A stretch of DNA of 37,759 nt, taken from Microgenomates group bacterium Gr01-1014_5. Its GTDB lineage: Bacteria; Patescibacteriota; Microgenomatia; UBA8517; UBA10165. This document shows, in pieces, positions 18,593-28,576 of this stretch. The DNA is taken from contig VMGE01000008.1 of assembly GCA_007376395.1 (NCBI GenBank), positions 1 through 37,759 on the forward strand, written 5' to 3'. The translations under genes were made by a program, and so were the position numbers. Under the pieces are notes generated by a model that was not told the DNA's origin, ran no database searches, and was given only the letters and a program-made list of their open reading frames with translations. Positions within the stretch are counted from its first letter, which is position 1; every line of letters starts with the position of its first letter.

Positions 18593-19488
18593 AATGTCAG
18601 ATTTGTCAAAATTCTAAAAAGTTTAAGAATTTAAAGCCCCAATTTTCCAAATCTAGTAATTATCTTTGCGAAAATTGTGGTCTTGTTTTTATTACAAGAA
18701 ACAAAGTACACCTCCAAGATTATTACAAGCAAGGTGGTTATTTTAATAAATCTCCAAATATTGCGTACAAAAAGCAGTTAATTTCAAGAAGTTTGCTAAT
18801 TCACGAGTCGGAACAAAGGGTAGTCAGCGCTTTAGATATCTTTTCTCCTAATCTAAAAGGAAAAAGTGTTTTAGATGTTGGTTGTGGTTATGGGGAAATA
18901 CTACATATTCTAAAGACAAGATTTGGTTGCTACGTAGAGGGAGTTGAACCATCAGTAGAAACGGCAAAAATTGGATCGGATATGTTTTCTTTAAAAATCC
19001 ACCCTATACTTCTTGAAGAGTTAAAAACAGAAGAAAAATACGATCTTATCTGGTCAAGCCACGTTTTAGAACATACAAGTGACCCTAACTCTTTCTTAAA
19101 AAAGGTTAAATCTCTTTTGAAAAAAGGAGGCGATTTTTATCTTGAGGTGCCAAATGCTCTTAAGCCAACTGGGGGATTTCCTTTAGACATGTTTTTTTAC
19201 AAGGAACATCTACAAACTTTCTCGTCTTACAATCTATATTTGTTACTAAAGAAAAAAGGCTTCTCAGTTATAGCATATTCTGATTCTGGCTTCTTAAAAT
19301 TTTGGTGTAAATTACCAAGTTCTCAAGGATTAGTGCCCTCTAAAATATCATCTGAAGAAATATTAACCTTCCTGCGTAAATATAAAAGAGATTATAACTA
19401 CATTAGTTTGGCAAAGGTTTATGCTCAAAAAGCGCTCTACGTAGCAAAAATTGCTTTATATAAGACGGGAGATATTTTTGGAAAATAA
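18589..19488 (+). CDS. Class I SAM methyltransferase with N-terminal CxxC...CxxC zinc-ribbon
   Basis: Motifs CQIC, CENC, VLDVGCGYG, GVEPS, SHVLEH and LEVPN. Confidence 0.9.
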   Translation: MKCQICQNSKKFKNLKPQFSKSSNYLCENCGLVFITRNKVHLQDYYKQGGYFNKSPNIAYKKQLISRSLLIHESEQRVVSALDIFSPNLKGKSVLDVGCGYGEILHILKTRFGCYVEGVEPSVETAKIGSDMFSLKIHPILLEELKTEEKYDLIWSSHVLEHTSDPNSFLKKVKSLLKKGGDFYLEVPNALKPTGGFPLDMFFYKEHLQTFSSYNLYLLLKKKGFSVIAYSDSGFLKFWCKLPSSQGLVPSKISSEEILTFLRKYKRDYNYISLAKVYAQKALYVAKIALYKTGDIFGK

Positions 19489-20625
19489 ATAATTCCAGTC
19501 AAATTTTTGAATAAAAACTAAAGCATTCTTTTGATATTCTTCCCAAATCTTGTCATTTTTTAGTAACTTAACTATAGCATCTGCAAACTCTTGTGCGTCG
19601 TAGTTTTCTATTACGATTCCACACTTTGCATCGGCTATGGCACTAGCATTTAGCGAAGCATTTGTCATAACAACCGGAACGCCAAGGGCAAGATAATCTT
19701 TAATCTTGGCAGGATCCCCGTTTTTTATTTTTTCATCAATAATTAGCGTATTAAACGGCGCAAGCCCAATCGCCGAGTCAGCAATGATATTTTCTGCTTC
19801 TTTCTTTTCTTTCCATCCGTAAAACTTAATAAACCTAGAGATACCATTTTTTTCTGCCAGTTTTTCAAGTGTGGCTTGCTCTTCTCCTCCTCCAATAATT
19901 TCAAGATAAGCACTGGGAATCTCTTTTCTTACTAAAGGTAGCGAGTTAATTGCCAAATCTACTCCATAGAAATCTTTCAAATGCCCTACATACACAATTT
20001 TTGACCTCTTTCTTTTAGAACTTGGAATTCTTTGCATATCGTCAAACCAAATTCCAATTGGAACAGTAAATTGTCTAGAATAGCTCGTGCCAGTTATTCC
20101 TTGTTTTTCTCTGTATTTGGTCAAATAGGGAGAGACATTCCATGTTTCGTCGCAATGTTTTACACAAAATTTATCAAGTTGGTGGTAAATCCAATTTACA
20201 AGAGGGTTGGTAAATCTTTCTGGATAAAGATCGATAGTGTAATAGACAACTTTTCTTACTTTGCCTAATTTTTTCAGGACTAGACCAGAAAAAGCATTGA
20301 GGTTATTAATTCCAAAATAGATGTCGTATATTTGCTTGGTATTAAGTGTCCAAACGACAGAGCAAATAATGTCCTTAATGTACAATAGAATTTCAGGCAT
20401 AATCCAATGGGAAAACTTGGAAGTTTTTAACCCCTTTTTACTTTCATATAGTTCACGCTCAGAAGAGAGCCCCCAACTTTCTTTCAGAAGAAGGAGCGGA
20501 TGGGTAATATAAAGCAAGTTACTACACCCATGAGCCAGTGCAAACTTTTTTAAATCTGCCCCGGGTATACAGGGCATGATTGATCTATGTGTAACAATAG
20601 CAACGCTCAAATTTTTCAGATTCAT
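19456..20625 (-). CDS. Glycosyltransferase family 4 (paralog B)
   Basis: Motifs ITHPLLL, DLYPERF and GDPAKIKDY; clearly collinear with 14508-15707. Confidence 0.88.
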   Translation of the reverse strand: MNLKNLSVAIVTHRSIMPCIPGADLKKFALAHGCSNLLYITHPLLLLKESWGLSSERELYESKKGLKTSKFSHWIMPEILLYIKDIICSVVWTLNTKQIYDIYFGINNLNAFSGLVLKKLGKVRKVVYYTIDLYPERFTNPLVNWIYHQLDKFCVKHCDETWNVSPYLTKYREKQGITGTSYSRQFTVPIGIWFDDMQRIPSSKRKRSKIVYVGHLKDFYGVDLAINSLPLVRKEIPSAYLEIIGGGEEQATLEKLAEKNGISRFIKFYGWKEKKEAENIIADSAIGLAPFNTLIIDEKIKNGDPAKIKDYLALGVPVVMTNASLNASAIADAKCGIVIENYDAQEFADAIVKLLKNDKIWEEYQKNALVFIQKFDWNYLFSKNISRLI

Positions 20626-21326
20626 TCTTTAAAAAATATTGAATTAGTGGTTTGACTTGGTCCGAAAACTGGATATATTTGTGCTTCATTGTCACTCCCC
20701 GAATATTCAAACCCGGCTTTAACCAATAGTTCGTAAACTTCTTTAAAAAGACTTTGGTTTTTATATAAACTTGCAAATGAGGTTTCTATATGGATTATCG
20801 AGACTCTTTTTAAGAGATTTTCTCCGCCTTTGAGTATCAGCTTTTCTGTCCCCTGAGTATCAATTTTCAAAAGGACTGGTTCTTCAAGCTTGATATTTTT
20901 GAAATATGAGTCAAGTGTAATAGTTTGTACTGTAATTTTTTCAGTATGGATTTTTTGCAGAGGAATAAGTAGTGATGATGTCGGGCTATAATGAGACTGA
21001 TAAAAAGTTGCGGCTCCACTTTTGTTGCTCAAGGCAACATTTTCCACAGTAACATTTTCTGACCTTCTAATTTTGTCACTTTCCGATCTGATTGGTTCAA
21101 AAGAATAGATTTTAGCATTAGGAAAAATAGAATGAAGAACATGGGTCACTTTACCGCTACTTGCCCCAACATCAATTACAGTCGCAACATTGTAGTTTTT
21201 TAACCATTCAAATTGGATATAAACAGGAAGATAAAGACCTTTTAACGCAAGTACTCCCAGTCTAGGGTTAAAGAAAAGGTAACATAAAAAGAACACAGCG
21301 TTACGGAATGAGCCAATATTAACCAT
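20622..21326 (-). CDS. FkbM family methyltransferase
   Basis: Motifs VIDVGASSG, SFEP, LLKIDTQG and IETSF. Confidence 0.9.
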   Translation of the reverse strand: MVNIGSFRNAVFFLCYLFFNPRLGVLALKGLYLPVYIQFEWLKNYNVATVIDVGASSGKVTHVLHSIFPNAKIYSFEPIRSESDKIRRSENVTVENVALSNKSGAATFYQSHYSPTSSLLIPLQKIHTEKITVQTITLDSYFKNIKLEEPVLLKIDTQGTEKLILKGGENLLKRVSIIHIETSFASLYKNQSLFKEVYELLVKAGFEYSGSDNEAQIYPVFGPSQTTNSIFFKE

Positions 21327-21351
21327 TTGATATATGAAAACCCAGGGTTTA

Positions 21352-21361
21352 ATTATATACT
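21352..21361. promoter_or_regulatory. Overlapping divergent -10 pair ATTATATACT
   Basis: Reads TATACT on +, 5 nt before GTG 21367, and TATAAT on -. Confidence 0.6.
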
Positions 21362-21366
21362 TAGCT

Positions 21367-22185
21367 GTGGATAAAATTAAAATTTCAGTTCTGATGCCTG
21401 TTTATAACACCGAAAAATATGTTGAAATGGCAATACAAAGTATTCTTGACCAATCGTTCAAAGATTTCGAGTTTATTATCATAGATGATCATTCAACAGA
21501 TAGTAGTTGGGAAATTATCCAAAAATATGCCAAAAGTGATCAAAGAATCGTTGCGCACAAGAACCCAAGCAATTTTAGAACTACAAAGTCGCTTAATCGT
21601 GGTTTGGATATGGTTCGCGGTAAGTACGTTGTGCGTATGGATGCTGATGATTGGAGCTACCCAGAGCGTTTAGAAAAACAGTATAACTTCATGGAAGCGA
21701 ACCCGAAGGTTGGAGTTTCCGGAGGGGCAATTGAAATTTGCAACGAAGATCTTGAAGTGTTGAACGTACGCAGGTATCCTGAGACAGATTCAGAAGTTAG
21801 GAAAATTATATTTCGCTATAGTCCTTTTGCGCATCCTGCAACAATTTGGAGAACAATCCTGATAAATAAAGCGGGCAGGTATAGTGAAATCTTCCCAGTA
21901 AGCCAAGATTACGAGCTTTATTTCAGGATGGGGAAGATTTGCCAGTTTGCCAATCTTCCCGAAATTCTAATTAAACTTAGAACCCACAAGGACTCAAGTT
22001 CCATACTTCGTGGCCGATCTCAAGAACAATTTGCTCTCTATTCAAGAATTAAAGCTTCAATGGAATACGGGTATGAAATGAAAACATTTGATAGAATGTA
22101 CACTTTTTTGCAAATTCTAAGTTTTGGTGTTGTGCCGGTAAAGATTAAGTTTTGGCTATTTAATTTCCTCAGGAGAATTTATTAA
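21367..22185 (+). CDS. Glycosyltransferase family 2
   Basis: Motifs SVLMPVYN, IDDHSTD, RMDADD, HPA and QDYEL. Start placed at GTG 21367. Confidence 0.92.
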   Translation: MDKIKISVLMPVYNTEKYVEMAIQSILDQSFKDFEFIIIDDHSTDSSWEIIQKYAKSDQRIVAHKNPSNFRTTKSLNRGLDMVRGKYVVRMDADDWSYPERLEKQYNFMEANPKVGVSGGAIEICNEDLEVLNVRRYPETDSEVRKIIFRYSPFAHPATIWRTILINKAGRYSEIFPVSQDYELYFRMGKICQFANLPEILIKLRTHKDSSSILRGRSQEQFALYSRIKASMEYGYEMKTFDRMYTFLQILSFGVVPVKIKFWLFNFLRRIY

Positions 22186-24038
22186 TGTGCGGAATTGCAG
22201 GGTATGTTGGGGGAGACCGAAAAACGCTTCTGGATATGCTAAGCGCCATATCCCACAGAGGTCCTGATGACCAAGGTATATTTATAGATGGAAACATCGG
22301 ACTTGGTAACAACAGGCTTTCGATAATTGATCTGTCAAAACACGGCCACCAGCCATTGTTTAATGAAGATAAATCGCTTTGTATCGTTTACAACGGGGAA
22401 ATTTATAATTTTAAAGATCTTCGAAAAAGTCTTGAAAGGAAGCATGAATTCAGTTCTCAGACAGACTCCGAAGTAGTTCTTCATGCTTACGAGGAATGGG
22501 GCCATGAGTGCTTGCAAAAGCTAAATGGGATGTTTGCGTTTGTTATATACGATAGAAAGAAAAAACTTCTTTTTGGCGCTCGTGACAGGCTTGGTGAAAA
22601 GCCTCTTAAATATTATCTTGACTCAGGAGTTTTCGCTTTTGCCTCGGAGTTGAAAGGTCTTCTGCCGATAATTAAAAATAAGGAGCTAGATATAAATGCA
22701 ATTGACGATTATATGACACTTCAATATGTTCCAGCCCCAAAAACAGGACTTAAAAACGTTTATAAATTACCGGCTGGACATTATTTTCTATATTCTGGAG
22801 GTAAACTGCAGGTTAAAGAATACTGGAAGATCGATTTCTCTAAAAAGCTTAAATTGAAAGAGGAGGAGTGGGAAGAATTAATATATTCTAAAATTAAGGA
22901 ATCCGTGGAAAGCAGAACAGTTTCCGATGTTCCGATAGGTGCATTTCTTTCAGGAGGTTTAGATTCAAGCGCGGTTGTTGCCCTCTTAAGCGCCACAAAC
23001 TCAAAGCTGAAGACTTTTAGTATTGGGTTTGAGGATCCGAGGTTTGATGAGAGTAAATATGCTCTTCAAATTGCCGCACTTTATAACACAGACCATACAA
23101 GTCTCATCATTGGTCACAAAGAGTTAACCCAAGAATTTCTAAAGTTGCCTGAATATTATGATGAACCTTTTGCAGATAATTCAAGCATCCCTTCGATAAT
23201 ACTTTCCAGACTTGCAAGGAAGAGTGTGAAAGTTGCCTTGAGCGGGGACGGCGGGGATGAGAATTTTGGCGGTTATGAAAGATATAGCGTGGTCGACTTT
23301 GCTAAGCATTATGATAAGATTCCGGCAGTTGCAAAAACTCTCCTTAAACACTCTGGAAATATTTTTTCTAAAATATATCCAAGTAAAATTTCTGAAAAGG
23401 CTGCGATTTTTACCAAATTCGCTTCTATTCCATTTTATAAAAAGTACGTTTATTACAATTCCTTTTTTACAAATGAAGCAAAAAGAGAAATTTATTCTAA
23501 CAAAGTCCAAAAGGAGCTAGAATTAAATGACACCTTCAATATATTTAAGAATATTTACAGGAATAATCTTAGTGAATTGGATAATGCGTTTAATATTGAT
23601 ATCAATTCTTATTTACCCGAAGACTTATTATATAAAATGGATATAGCTTCAATGAGCGCCTCGTTAGAAGTCCGGGCGCCACTTCTTAATCACGAGCTTC
23701 TTGAGTTAACATCCCAAATGCCAGATTCTCTCAAAGTACGTCTTCTTAAAAAGAAATATATTTTCAAAAAACTTCTTAAAAATAAAAAATTGCTTCCTGA
23801 CAATATAATTAATAGACAAAAAAAAGGTTTTGTTATACCAGTAGATACTTGGCTTAAAGGTGATTTAAAAGAATATATTAGGGAAGAGGTTGCCACCACA
23901 AAAATGAAAAACTTACAGTTATTTAGTGGCAATAAGTTAGATAGTTACCTTACTGATTTCTTTGGTGGTAAAATTAAGAACAGTAATAATATATTTGCCC
24001 TACTTTCGTTATCTGCTTGGGTGAATAAATATCTTTAA
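22185..24038 (+). CDS. asnB: Asparagine synthase (glutamine-hydrolysing) family amidotransferase, probably glycan-amidating (WbpS-like)
   Basis: Motifs MCGIAG, HRGPD, RLSIID, NGEIYN, LSGGLDSS, SGDGGDE and EVRAPLL. Confidence 0.93.
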   Translation: MCGIAGYVGGDRKTLLDMLSAISHRGPDDQGIFIDGNIGLGNNRLSIIDLSKHGHQPLFNEDKSLCIVYNGEIYNFKDLRKSLERKHEFSSQTDSEVVLHAYEEWGHECLQKLNGMFAFVIYDRKKKLLFGARDRLGEKPLKYYLDSGVFAFASELKGLLPIIKNKELDINAIDDYMTLQYVPAPKTGLKNVYKLPAGHYFLYSGGKLQVKEYWKIDFSKKLKLKEEEWEELIYSKIKESVESRTVSDVPIGAFLSGGLDSSAVVALLSATNSKLKTFSIGFEDPRFDESKYALQIAALYNTDHTSLIIGHKELTQEFLKLPEYYDEPFADNSSIPSIILSRLARKSVKVALSGDGGDENFGGYERYSVVDFAKHYDKIPAVAKTLLKHSGNIFSKIYPSKISEKAAIFTKFASIPFYKKYVYYNSFFTNEAKREIYSNKVQKELELNDTFNIFKNIYRNNLSELDNAFNIDINSYLPEDLLYKMDIASMSASLEVRAPLLNHELLELTSQMPDSLKVRLLKKKYIFKKLLKNKKLLPDNIINRQKKGFVIPVDTWLKGDLKEYIREEVATTKMKNLQLFSGNKLDSYLTDFFGGKIKNSNNIFALLSLSAWVNKYL

Positions 24039-24041
24039 ACT

Positions 24042-24977
24042 ATGGCAAAAGTTGTTGTTACGGGTGGAGCAGGATTCATTGGCTCACATCTTGTGGGTCG
24101 ACTAGTTGAATTGGAGCACGACGTTACAGTCGTTGATAATTTTTCGACAGGAAAAAGGGACAACCTTGCCAAAATTATAGAAAAGGTCAAGATAGTGGAA
24201 TTCGATCTTGCCAACTGGACTAAATTGCCAGAATTGGTAGAAAAACTTCAGAAAGTTGAGTTTATCTTTCATTTGGCAGCTTTACCAAGAATTGGGAGGT
24301 CTTTAGATAATCCCCTTGAGACACACGAAGCAAATGTGACGAGTACTTTGACGGCTCTTGAGTTTGCAAGAAAACTCGAAGTCTCCAAATTTTTATATGC
24401 CTCAAGTTCTTCTGTTTACGGCATACAAGAAACTTTGCCTTTAAAAGAGAATTTAATCCCGAATCCGCAAAATCCCTACGCTGTGCAAAAATTAATGGGA
24501 GAACTCTATTGCAAGAATCACAGTGCGGTTTTTGGCTTAAAAACCCTTGCCTTTAGATTTTTTAATGTGTACGGGCAAGGAATGAGTTTGGAAGGCACTT
24601 ATAAACTAGTATTTGCTGTCTGGAAAGAGCAAATAGAAAATGGCCTGCCTCTAACTATTTATGGAGATGGCGAGCAAACTAGAGATTTTACCCATGTTGC
24701 TGATATCGTTGACGGTCTTGTTTTGGCGATGGACTATAAACAAAAGGAAGACTTTGAATTATTTAACCTTGGGGCAGGTCGCCAAGTATCAGTAAATTAT
24801 TTAGCAAGCCTTTTTGAACATAAAGTGACTCATCTTCCGGAAAGGCCCAATGAGGAAAAATATAAAGAAGCAGATATAACTCGCGCTCGGACTTGCCTTG
24901 CCTGGGAGCCTCGTGTCACAATCGAAGAAGGAGTTAGTCTTTTTAAAAATGAAAATCACTTCACTCTTAAAAAGTAA
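24042..24977 (+). CDS. NAD-dependent NDP-sugar epimerase (GalE/WbpP-like SDR)
   Basis: Motifs GGAGFIG, HLAA, SSSSVYG, YAVQK, FNVYG and TRDF. Confidence 0.92.
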   Translation: MAKVVVTGGAGFIGSHLVGRLVELEHDVTVVDNFSTGKRDNLAKIIEKVKIVEFDLANWTKLPELVEKLQKVEFIFHLAALPRIGRSLDNPLETHEANVTSTLTALEFARKLEVSKFLYASSSSVYGIQETLPLKENLIPNPQNPYAVQKLMGELYCKNHSAVFGLKTLAFRFFNVYGQGMSLEGTYKLVFAVWKEQIENGLPLTIYGDGEQTRDFTHVADIVDGLVLAMDYKQKEDFELFNLGAGRQVSVNYLASLFEHKVTHLPERPNEEKYKEADITRARTCLAWEPRVTIEEGVSLFKNENHFTLKK

Positions 24978-26398
24978 ATTATTTGCATTTTTAGTTTTAG
25001 CGTTTGTGATAATTAGTGTTTTTTGGGGAATAACTGACACCTTTTATCAGCAAGACGAATGGAACGGTCTAGGTTTGGTTTTTTCTAAGGGAGTGGAGTC
25101 TATTTTTCCAGGAATATTTAGCCCAATAGACCTGCTATTAGTTAAAGGAAGAATATTATCAAGTTTGATTTTCTATTTTTTTGCAACACTCTTCCCTTTA
25201 CAAAATATGCAATTAGCTATACTGGCAATTGCTCTCCATGCAACCGGCGCTTTTTTAGTCTTTCTTTTGGCTAAAAAACTTGTTAATAACACCTTGCTTG
25301 CCTTGGTGGGGGCTGTCTTTTTTGCCGTAAATGCTGTTTCGCACGGAGCTGTAACTTGGCCGGTTATCGCAATCAGCACGGTCGGGTCAAGTATTCTTGT
25401 TTTTGCCTCAATCCTTTCCTTTTTTAAATTTCTTGAAAGTACCCGGACAAATTCGATTCGGGGCACCCGATCCAAACCTTTATATAAGCGAAGCTAGTGA
25501 AAGTTTCTTTTTGACAATATTAATTCGCCTAGTAATTTATCCCTTAACCTCGTTCTCTTTAATGTTTGTTCCGGGCGGGTTTTTCATTGAGTTTGCCCGC
25601 GAAGTATTACGAGATAATTACAAGTTTTTTGCAAATGTTCCAAACGATGTCTTGATTGCCCAGACCGTAATTTTAGATCTCTTGGCTGTTATCTTAACAG
25701 GAGTAATAGTTTTCTTTATTGCACTTTTTTTGAAGAAAGAAACTGTTGTTAATAAAAAATCTGTTCTCTTTTGGTTACTATTTACTTTTTTAAGTTTTAC
25801 GCCGTACGTTGTTTTAAGTAAAGATTTTGCATACCTTGAGTCAAGGTATTATTATCTTCCTGTTGCGGGTGGGGCAGTATTGCTTTCTTGGATAGCAAAA
25901 AGAATTTGGGATACTTTAGGAAAGAAACTATTTTTAATTATAATTTTTCCATTTTTTCTAGGGCTTATTGTGTGGCATGCGATTTCGGTGGGGAAAGCAA
26001 TAGACGAGCAGCTTATCTTTAGCAACTGGAGAAAGAATTTTATTTTGGATCTTAAAACATTGGCTCCATCTTTGAGTTGTAGTAAGAACGTTTTCTATAT
26101 CTCAGGTGAGAAAAATTATTGGTCTGACGGAAATATAGTTCCGTTTCAACAAGGGACAGGCTATACGCTAATGGTTCTATATAATGACTCTGGGCGTATT
26201 CCAAAGGAGCTTTTGGCAGAGAGTTATTTGTTTGAAATCGGCAGTCAAGGATACAAAGAAGTTGGAGAGAAGGGCTTTGGTTTCTTTACAAACAAAGAAG
26301 AGTTAGACAAAGTGGTGGAGACTCATAAATTGCAGCAAGATTGTATAATAGCCCTTAGTTACGACTCACAGCGGCATAAATTAATTAAAAATGATTAA
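24949..26398 (+). pseudogene. GT-C-like membrane protein split by a frameshift or internal deletion near 25440
   Basis: The 5' half (QQDEW loop, TM helices to FFKFLES) and the 3' half (LESRYYY, periplasmic tail) lie in different frames. The 3' frame is +1 relative to the 5' frame. Confidence 0.75.
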
Positions 26399-27002
26399 AG
26401 CTGTTATTTTTGATTTAGACGGCGTGCTGGTTGACGCTACAGAATGGCATTACGAGGCCTTAAATGACGCCTTGAGGCTTTTTGGATTTGAGATAACCCG
26501 CGAAGAGCACAATGGCTTTTATAATGGTTTGCCTACTGTTGAAAAACTTAGAGTTCTTTCAGAAAAAAAAGGTTTACCTCAAAATTTGCATGAGGTTATT
26601 AGAAATTTGAAGAGAAAATATACTGATGAAAAAGTAATTCAGCTTTGCAGGCCTGCTTATGAGAAACAAATAATGCTGACCCAACTTAAAAACAAGGGTT
26701 ATAAGCTTGCGTGTTGTTCAAACGCGCAAAAGTACTCTGTTGTGAATATGCTTACCTCTGCAGGAATTCTTAATTTTTTTGATCTGGTTATAGGAAATGA
26801 TGAGGGGTATGCGCCCAAACCCTCTCCGGAAATTTATTTGGCTGCATTTGAAAAATTAGGGATAAATTCCGACGAAGCGGTTATAATAGAAGACGCCCCG
26901 CATGGAGTCCAAGCCGCTCGTGCAAGTGGAGCAAAAGTTATTGAGGTAAAGGGATATCACGATGTTGATTTATCACTTTTATACGCCCACAAAGTCATTT
27001 AG
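26391..27002 (+). CDS. HAD-superfamily phosphatase/mutase (subfamily IA, beta-PGM-like)
   Basis: Motifs FDLDGVLVD, CSN, KPSPEIY and IEDAPHG. Confidence 0.92.
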   Translation: MIKAVIFDLDGVLVDATEWHYEALNDALRLFGFEITREEHNGFYNGLPTVEKLRVLSEKKGLPQNLHEVIRNLKRKYTDEKVIQLCRPAYEKQIMLTQLKNKGYKLACCSNAQKYSVVNMLTSAGILNFFDLVIGNDEGYAPKPSPEIYLAAFEKLGINSDEAVIIEDAPHGVQAARASGAKVIEVKGYHDVDLSLLYAHKVI

Positions 27003-27005
27003 AAT

Positions 27006-27752
27006 ATGTTAAACATTGTCGTACCACTAGCAGGCGCTGGAACAAGCTTCATAAAAGCTGGATACAGCTTTCCCAAGCCTCTTATAGACATTGACGGCAA
27101 ACCAATGATCCAGGCGGTTATCGAAAACCTTACTCCTGAAATGAAGCACAAATTTATTCTTATTTGCCGTGATGAACATTACGAAAAATATGCACTATAC
27201 CAAATTTTTTCAAATGCCACCAAGAATAATTACGAATGTATTCGTCTTTCTGCGCCCACTCGTGGGGCTGCATGCACGGTTTTGACTGCTGCGGATTATA
27301 TTAATAACGACTCAGAGCTTATTATTGCCAACGCCGATCAGCTTATTGACGCTGATATAGACGACTTTGTTGAGTTTGCTAGGAAAGAAAAACTTGATGG
27401 GGCAATTATGACTTTTAAATCAAATCATCCGAGGTGGAGTTATGCCCTAACCGATGATGACAGCAACGTTTTACAGGTGGCAGAAAAACGTGTTATTTCA
27501 GACCACGCGACTGTTGGTATCTATTACTTTAAAACTGGTCGCTCGTTTGTCGAAAGCACGGCAAATATGATTGAAAAAGACATAACCTTTAATGGTGAAT
27601 TTTATGTCAGCCCGGTATATAATGAGCTAATTATGGCTGGTAAAAAGGTTATGATATGGCCTATTAAAAGTTCTCAAATGCACAGCCTGGGAACTCCGGA
27701 AGATCTGCGTGAATATACAGACCAACAGGACAGAAAAAGGGAGGGTAAATGA
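27006..27752 (+). CDS. Nucleotidyltransferase (GT-A fold, capsule-locus type), paralog 1
   Basis: Motifs VPLAGAGTSF, PKPLIDI, GAACT, NADQ, WSYA, ATVGIYYF, EFYVSPVYN and LGTPED. Confidence 0.85.
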   Translation: MLNIVVPLAGAGTSFIKAGYSFPKPLIDIDGKPMIQAVIENLTPEMKHKFILICRDEHYEKYALYQIFSNATKNNYECIRLSAPTRGAACTVLTAADYINNDSELIIANADQLIDADIDDFVEFARKEKLDGAIMTFKSNHPRWSYALTDDDSNVLQVAEKRVISDHATVGIYYFKTGRSFVESTANMIEKDITFNGEFYVSPVYNELIMAGKKVMIWPIKSSQMHSLGTPEDLREYTDQQDRKREGK

Positions 27753-28576
27753 AAATTGTTGTCCCGATGGCAGGTCGCGGTTCAAGGTTTTTAGAAGCAA
27801 AGGAGCAAAACCCTGAGTATGGAAACCCAAAACCTTTAATTAATATTAAAGGTAAACCAATGGTTGCCTGGGCAATTGAATCGCTTCCTTTTGTAGATTT
27901 ACCGGCTAGGCCTGCACAAACCGACTTCAAAGTTCCTACCTCTAACTTGATTTTTATTTGTAGAAAAGATCACGAAGATGAGTTTAATATTTCAGCTTCA
28001 CTGAAGCGCATTTTCTCTGAAAATATAAATGTTTTGTTTGTAGAACAAATTACCCGTGGGGCTGCGGAAACTGTTCTGATTGCCAAGGACTTTATTAACA
28101 CAGAGGAAGACATCATAGTTTCAGACTCGGACCATTATTTTGACGGAACCAATCTTTATAATGCAATTAAGTCAAAAAACAAGGAAACTGCAGGAATAAT
28201 ACCTGTCTTTAAACCTCCAGACAGCGACCCAAAATGGAGTTTTACTCTGTTTGACGAAAATAAGGTTGCGTTAGCTGTGGGAGAAAAAGATGCACAGTTG
28301 GCGGCACAGGGCGCTTGGGCAAATATAGGCGGCTATTATTTCTCATCGGGAAAAATTTATGTTGATGAAGCCGAAGAAATGATTGCCTCGGGTGATATGT
28401 ATGGGGCAGAAGGAAAAAAGGAATTTTATCTTGCGCCAGTTTTTGACCGCTTGATTAAAAAAGGTAAAAGAATAGAAGTTGCCCTAATCCCGGAAGTTTG
28501 GGGATTGGGAACTCCAAAAGACGTAGAATATTTTCTCGAAAACTTTACCGGTCAGAAGATTGGGTCAACAGAATGA
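27749..28576 (+). CDS. Nucleotidyltransferase (GT-A fold, capsule-locus type), paralog 2
   Basis: Motifs VPMAGRGSRF, PKPLI, GAAET, DSDH, KWSF, EFYLAPV and LGTPKD. Confidence 0.85.
   Translation: MKIVVPMAGRGSRFLEAKEQNPEYGNPKPLINIKGKPMVAWAIESLPFVDLPARPAQTDFKVPTSNLIFICRKDHEDEFNISASLKRIFSENINVLFVEQITRGAAETVLIAKDFINTEEDIIVSDSDHYFDGTNLYNAIKSKNKETAGIIPVFKPPDSDPKWSFTLFDENKVALAVGEKDAQLAAQGAWANIGGYYFSSGKIYVDEAEEMIASGDMYGAEGKKEFYLAPVFDRLIKKGKRIEVALIPEVWGLGTPKDVEYFLENFTGQKIGSTE

Noticed and set aside
25417-25431. T6-A3 run as a programmed frameshift joining the split membrane gene
   Set aside because: The required shift is +1, the run is short, and the joined product would still appear to lack helices present in the intact paralog.
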